From positions 4,125-68,124 of the forward strand of contig CAKAPG010000003.1 of the NCBI GenBank assembly GCA_916715765.1: a stretch of DNA of 64,000 nucleotides, read 5' to 3'. This DNA comes from an uncultured Atopobium sp. Its GTDB lineage: Bacteria > Actinomycetota > Coriobacteriia > Coriobacteriales > Atopobiaceae. Shown one piece after another: positions 59,947-64,000 of the stretch. The notes under the pieces were generated by a model, which was not told the DNA's origin, made no database searches, and was given only the letters and a program-made list of their open reading frames with translations. A program made the translations under genes and the position numbers. Within the stretch, counting starts at the first letter, position 1, and every line of letters begins with the position of its first letter.

Positions 59947-59978
59947 TTTTAGGGCGAGAAGGTCTTCTCGCCCTAAAA
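59947..59978. repeat. Perfect palindrome made of an inverted TTCTCGC motif pair
   Basis: TTTTAGGGCGAGAAG-GT-CTTCTCGCCCTAAAA. Confidence 0.85.
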
Positions 59979-60129
59979 TTGGCTTATAAAAACAAAATAA
60001 TCTAAAAAGAGTTAGGTTAGTGAAGACACGCTTCAGATATATGTAATAAAATCAGAAAAGTAAATGTTATTTTCATTGTTATGTTTACAGTTTCATTTGT
60101 TTTATTAGGTAGAAAAGAAGGAGGTAGAA

Positions 60130-61131
60130 GTGGTTAGTATCGTTCTAGCCAGCCATGGCAAATTTGCCGAGGGCATCAAAGATTCTGGCGGCATGATTTT
60201 TGGACCACAGGAAGGCGTTGTGGCTGTAACGCTTACTCCTGATATGGGCCCAGATGACCTGCACCAGAAGATTCTCGACGCAATTGCCACGCTTGAAGAT
60301 CAAGAGCACGTTTTGTTCTTGGTTGACCTATGGGGTGGCACCCCCTTTAACCAGATTTCTCGTGTTCTTGAGGAAGAGGGTAAAGAGGATTGGGTTGCCG
60401 TTACTGGTCTTAACCTCCCAATGCTTATTGCAGCATATGGCTCTCGCCTTGGCGTAGATACCGCCGCCGAGGTAGCAAAAGAGATTTACTCTGAAGCTCG
60501 TATGGGCGTCAAGATTAAGCCAGAAGAGCTTGAGCCACAAGAGGCAACTCCTACTGATGTTCCTGCTGCTCCAGCAGCACCTCAGGGTGCAATTCCTGCG
60601 GGTACTGTTATTGGTGATGGCAAGCTTAAGATTGTGCTTGCACGTATTGACACCCGTCTTCTGCATGGTCAGGTTGCAACTACGTGGACAAAGATGACCA
60701 AGCCAGACCGCATTATTGTCTGCTCTGATGGTGTTGCTCAAGATGAGCTCCGCAAGACCATGATTGTTCAGGCTGCTCCTCCAGGAGTACATGTCCACGT
60801 TGTTCCTATTAAGAAGATTATTGAGATTGCTCACGACACTCGTTTTGGCAATACCAAGGCAATGCTTCTGTTTGAGACTCCTCAAGATATGCTTCGCGCA
60901 ATTGAGGGTGGCGTAGAAATCAAGGAAGCAAACCTTGGTTCTATGGCTCACTCTGTTGGCAAAGTTGTTGTTACCAACGCAGTTGCTATGGATGAGGACG
61001 ACGTAAAGACCCTTGAGGCCATCCGCGAGTGCGGTACAACGTTTGATGTTCGTAAGGTTCCTGCAGACAGCGCAGAGAACTTTGAGGCAATGCTTAAAAA
61101 AGCTAAGTCCGAGCTTGGCGCCCGTAAGTAA
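60130..61131 (+). CDS. manX: PTS mannose family IIAB
   Basis: ASHG, DLWGGTPFN, GLNLPML, RIDTRLLHGQV. Confidence 0.95.
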   Translation: MVSIVLASHGKFAEGIKDSGGMIFGPQEGVVAVTLTPDMGPDDLHQKILDAIATLEDQEHVLFLVDLWGGTPFNQISRVLEEEGKEDWVAVTGLNLPMLIAAYGSRLGVDTAAEVAKEIYSEARMGVKIKPEELEPQEATPTDVPAAPAAPQGAIPAGTVIGDGKLKIVLARIDTRLLHGQVATTWTKMTKPDRIIVCSDGVAQDELRKTMIVQAAPPGVHVHVVPIKKIIEIAHDTRFGNTKAMLLFETPQDMLRAIEGGVEIKEANLGSMAHSVGKVVVTNAVAMDEDDVKTLEAIRECGTTFDVRKVPADSAENFEAMLKKAKSELGARK

Positions 61132-61147
61132 CTAGAAGGAGGTAGAA

Positions 61148-61963
61148 ATGACACCTATCACAATACTGCTTGTCGTAATTGTTGCTCTTCTCGCTGGCAT
61201 GGAAGGTATTCTTGACCAGTGGGAGTTCCACCAGCCCCTGGTTGCTTGCTCACTGATTGGTCTTGTGACTGGTCACCCTGCTGAGGGAATTATCCTCGGC
61301 GGTTCTCTTCAGATGATTGCTCTTGGTTGGGCAAACATCGGAGCTGCAGTTGCTCCAGACGCAGCTTTGGCATCTGTCGCATCTGCAATCATCATGGTTT
61401 TGGCACTTAACGGTGGAGACACTGACACCACCGCTGCTATTAACACCTCTATTGCACTTGCAATTCCTCTGTCCGTAGCAGGCCTGTTCCTCACCATGAT
61501 TGCTCGTACTATTGCAACTGGTATTGTCCACGCAATGGATGCAGCTGCCGAGAAGGGCGATTTTGCTGCAATCGAGCGTTGGCACATTGTAGCTATCCTC
61601 ATGCAGGGCGCACGTATTGCTGTTCCTGCAGCTGCTCTTTGCTTCATTGACCCAGCTATTGTCACTGATGCTCTCAACGCAATGCCGAAGTGGCTCACTG
61701 GCGGTATGGCAGTTGGCGGCGGCATGGTTGCTGCTGTTGGTTACGCAATGGTCATTAACATGATGGCTACTCGCGAGGTTTGGCCATTCTTTGCACTTGG
61801 CTTTGTCTTTGCTGCTATTAACCAGCTCACCCTTATTGCTCTTGGTGTTATCGGTGTCTGCCTTGCTATTCTCTACATTGGTCTTAAAGACCTTGCTAAG
61901 CAGGGTGGCGGCGCAGGTGGTGGATCAGGCGATCCACTCGGCGATATTATTGACAACTACTAA
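61148..61963 (+). CDS. manY: PTS mannose family IIC
   Basis: HQPLVAC, LGWANIGAAVAPD, AVGYAMVINMM. Confidence 0.95.
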   Translation: MTPITILLVVIVALLAGMEGILDQWEFHQPLVACSLIGLVTGHPAEGIILGGSLQMIALGWANIGAAVAPDAALASVASAIIMVLALNGGDTDTTAAINTSIALAIPLSVAGLFLTMIARTIATGIVHAMDAAAEKGDFAAIERWHIVAILMQGARIAVPAAALCFIDPAIVTDALNAMPKWLTGGMAVGGGMVAAVGYAMVINMMATREVWPFFALGFVFAAINQLTLIALGVIGVCLAILYIGLKDLAKQGGGAGGGSGDPLGDIIDNY

Positions 61964-61984
61964 TTCTGAAGGAGCGTGAAACTA

Positions 61985-62902
61985 ATGGAGAATAAGATTC
62001 AGCTTTCTAAGAAAGACCGCATGTCTGTTGCTCTTCGTCATCAGTTCCTTCAGGGTTCTTGGAACTACGAGCGTATGCAGAACGGTGGTTGGGCATTCTC
62101 AATGATTCCAGCCATCAAAAAGCTTTATCCAAACAAAGAAGATCAGGTAGCAGCTCTTAAGCGCCACCTTGAGTTCTACAACACTCACCCTTATGTTTCT
62201 GCACCAGTCATGGGCGTTACCCTTGCACTGGAGGAGGGACGTGCTAACGGTGAGCCTATTGACGACGTTGCAATTCAGGGCGTTAAGGTAGGCATGATGG
62301 GCCCTCTGGCCGGTGTTGGTGACCCAGTCTTCTGGTTTACCGTCCGTCCAATTCTTGGAGCACTCGGCGCATCTATTGCCGCTGGTGGTTCTGCACTTGG
62401 CCCTATTCTTTTCTTTGTTCTGTGGAACGTCATCCGCCTTTCCTTCCTGTGGTACACCCAGGAGTTTGGCTACAAGGCAGGTGCCTCAATCTCTTCCGAT
62501 CTTTCTGGCGGCATGCTGGGCAAGATTACCGAGGGTGCTTCTATTCTTGGTATGTTTATCATTGGCGCCCTGGTACAGCGCTGGGTTTCAATTTCATTTA
62601 CCCCAGTTGTTTCTACCATTCCTCAGCAGGCAGGTGCCTACATTGATTGGACAAGTATTCCTTCAGGAGTAGAGGGAATGCACCAGGCATTAAAGCTTTA
62701 CGCTGCACTTGGACCAAACGGTCTTGATCCAGTGAAGGTAACCACACTTCAGTCCAACCTTGATTCCCTTGTTCCTGGACTGGCAGCTGTTGGTCTGACA
62801 CTGCTCTGCTGCTCACTGCTTAAGAAGAAGGTCTCTCCAATTGCTATCATCCTGGCTCTCTTTGCCGTTGGTATTATTGGTCGACTCCTTGGCTTTATGT
62901 AA
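61985..62902 (+). CDS. manZ: PTS mannose family IID
   Basis: GSWNYERMQ, FYNTHP, MMGPLAGVGD. Confidence 0.95.
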   Translation: MENKIQLSKKDRMSVALRHQFLQGSWNYERMQNGGWAFSMIPAIKKLYPNKEDQVAALKRHLEFYNTHPYVSAPVMGVTLALEEGRANGEPIDDVAIQGVKVGMMGPLAGVGDPVFWFTVRPILGALGASIAAGGSALGPILFFVLWNVIRLSFLWYTQEFGYKAGASISSDLSGGMLGKITEGASILGMFIIGALVQRWVSISFTPVVSTIPQQAGAYIDWTSIPSGVEGMHQALKLYAALGPNGLDPVKVTTLQSNLDSLVPGLAAVGLTLLCCSLLKKKVSPIAIILALFAVGIIGRLLGFM

Positions 62903-62989
62903 TGAGTAAGCGTACGTTCTAGTACTTAAAGTCGCACGAATATGGGTCGCGCTCTATAATGGGTGCGACCCATTTTTTGAAAGGATTGT

Positions 62990-63397
62990 ATGGCTCAGTC
63001 TCAAAACAGTACGGTTGACTTCACCGCAAAGGCAACGTCATTTCACGGGCTAGCTACGTATGGCGATATCCTTATTGGTAATAAGGCCTTTGAGTTCTAC
63101 AACCAGAAAAATCCTGAAGATTACATTCAAATTCCTTGGGATCAGATAGATCATGTGGCCGCCTCAGTTATGGGGCGTACCAAAAGCATTTCTCGCTTTG
63201 CTATCTTTACTAAAAGCAATGGTAACTACTCATTTTCTACGCGAGACAATAAAGCAACACTAAGGGCAATTCGCGCCTATATAGGGAAGGAGAAACTCGT
63301 ACGTTCTCCAAACTTCTGGTTTGTCTTTAAGCATGGACTCATGGCAATTCCACAGCTTCCTCGCCTTATTAAAGAGAGTTTTATTAAAAAGAAGTAA
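62990..63397 (+). CDS. manO: DUF956 family protein (ManO)
   Basis: MAQSQNS, YGDILIGNKAFEFYN, YIQIPW; follows the man PTS genes. Confidence 0.88.
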   Translation: MAQSQNSTVDFTAKATSFHGLATYGDILIGNKAFEFYNQKNPEDYIQIPWDQIDHVAASVMGRTKSISRFAIFTKSNGNYSFSTRDNKATLRAIRAYIGKEKLVRSPNFWFVFKHGLMAIPQLPRLIKESFIKKK

Positions 63398-63533
63398 GCA
63401 AATTTTGCATTTTCACAAGAGCCGCCAGCACGGAAGGCGTGAAACTGATAAAATCCAACATGCATATACGTGTCGCGGGTAGTTTGAAAATTCACGTTCT
63501 TCTCGCGACTTTACCGAGTGAAAAGAGTTAGAC

Positions 63534-64000
63534 GTGGCAACTATCAGCACCGCAGATTTTAAGAACGGCCTTGGCCTTAAGATTAACGATAAGTACTACA
63601 CCATCGTTGAGTTCCAGCACGTAAAGCCAGGTAAGGGCGGCGCTTTTGTCCGCTATAAGATTCGTGACCTTCGCTCTGGCCGCGTTATCGATCAGACCTG
63701 CAACGCTGGCACCAAGTTTGAGAACGTTCTTCTGCTCACCAAAGAGATGCAGTACCTCTACAACGACGGCGAGTCCTTCTACTTCATGGACAATGAGACT
63801 TACGATCAGGTAGCTGTTCCTGCTGATTTCATTGGCGAGAAGAGCGTCTGGTTCAAGGAGAACGATAACGCACAGCTTCTCTACGCAGACACTGAGCTTC
63901 TTGGTGTTGAGCCTCCAATGTTCATTGAGGCAGAGATCACTGAGACTGACCCAGGCTTCAAGGGCGACACCGTTCAGGGTGGTACTAAGCCAGCAACTAT
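63534..64000 (+). CDS. efp: Elongation factor P (partial, runs off the window; absent from the ORF track)
   Basis: GTG start, MATISTADFKNG...VEFQHVKPGKGGAFVR...TDPGFKGDTVQGGTKPA. Confidence 0.96.
   Translation, partial: MATISTADFKNGLGLKINDKYYTIVEFQHVKPGKGGAFVRYKIRDLRSGRVIDQTCNAGTKFENVLLLTKEMQYLYNDGESFYFMDNETYDQVAVPADFIGEKSVWFKENDNAQLLYADTELLGVEPPMFIEAEITETDPGFKGDTVQGGTKPAT

Overview
Chromosomal window of about 46-50% GC (by-eye estimate). Gene content and order (alaS-ruvX-mltG-aroK-aroB-pepP-efp, actinobacterial GlnR, SigB/F-type sigma) point to a Coriobacteriia anaerobe, probably Atopobiaceae/Lancefieldella-like (inference). Most genes are housekeeping or transport: sufCBDSU-rrf2, hisS, aspS, alaS, a group-B-like [FeFe] hydrogenase, a heterodimeric ABC exporter with crcB, gpmA, a glnA-like/amino-acid ABC/glnR locus, htrA, rmuC, csoR-copA, add, a cysteine-type ABC importer, kdgT, rarA, rsbW-sigB/F and a Firmicutes-type manLMNO PTS. 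I saw no tRNA, rRNA, CRISPR array or intact transposase. The best leads are: (1) the motif TTCTCGC, about 60 copies by eye on both strands (about 1 per kb), with inverted pairs forming intergenic hairpins, the pattern of DNA-uptake sequences; (2) an unannotated, probably leaderless Cys/Met-containing leader ORF with mutually exclusive pairings over the SD of the cysteine ABC operon; (3) three full-length proteins that have lost catalytic residues (GlnA-like, AroB-like, RsbW-like); (4) a strong internal SD/ATG in copA that could release a CopZ chaperone; (5) a low-GC DUF559-like nuclease gene followed by repeat arrays, and collapsed IS3-like ends.
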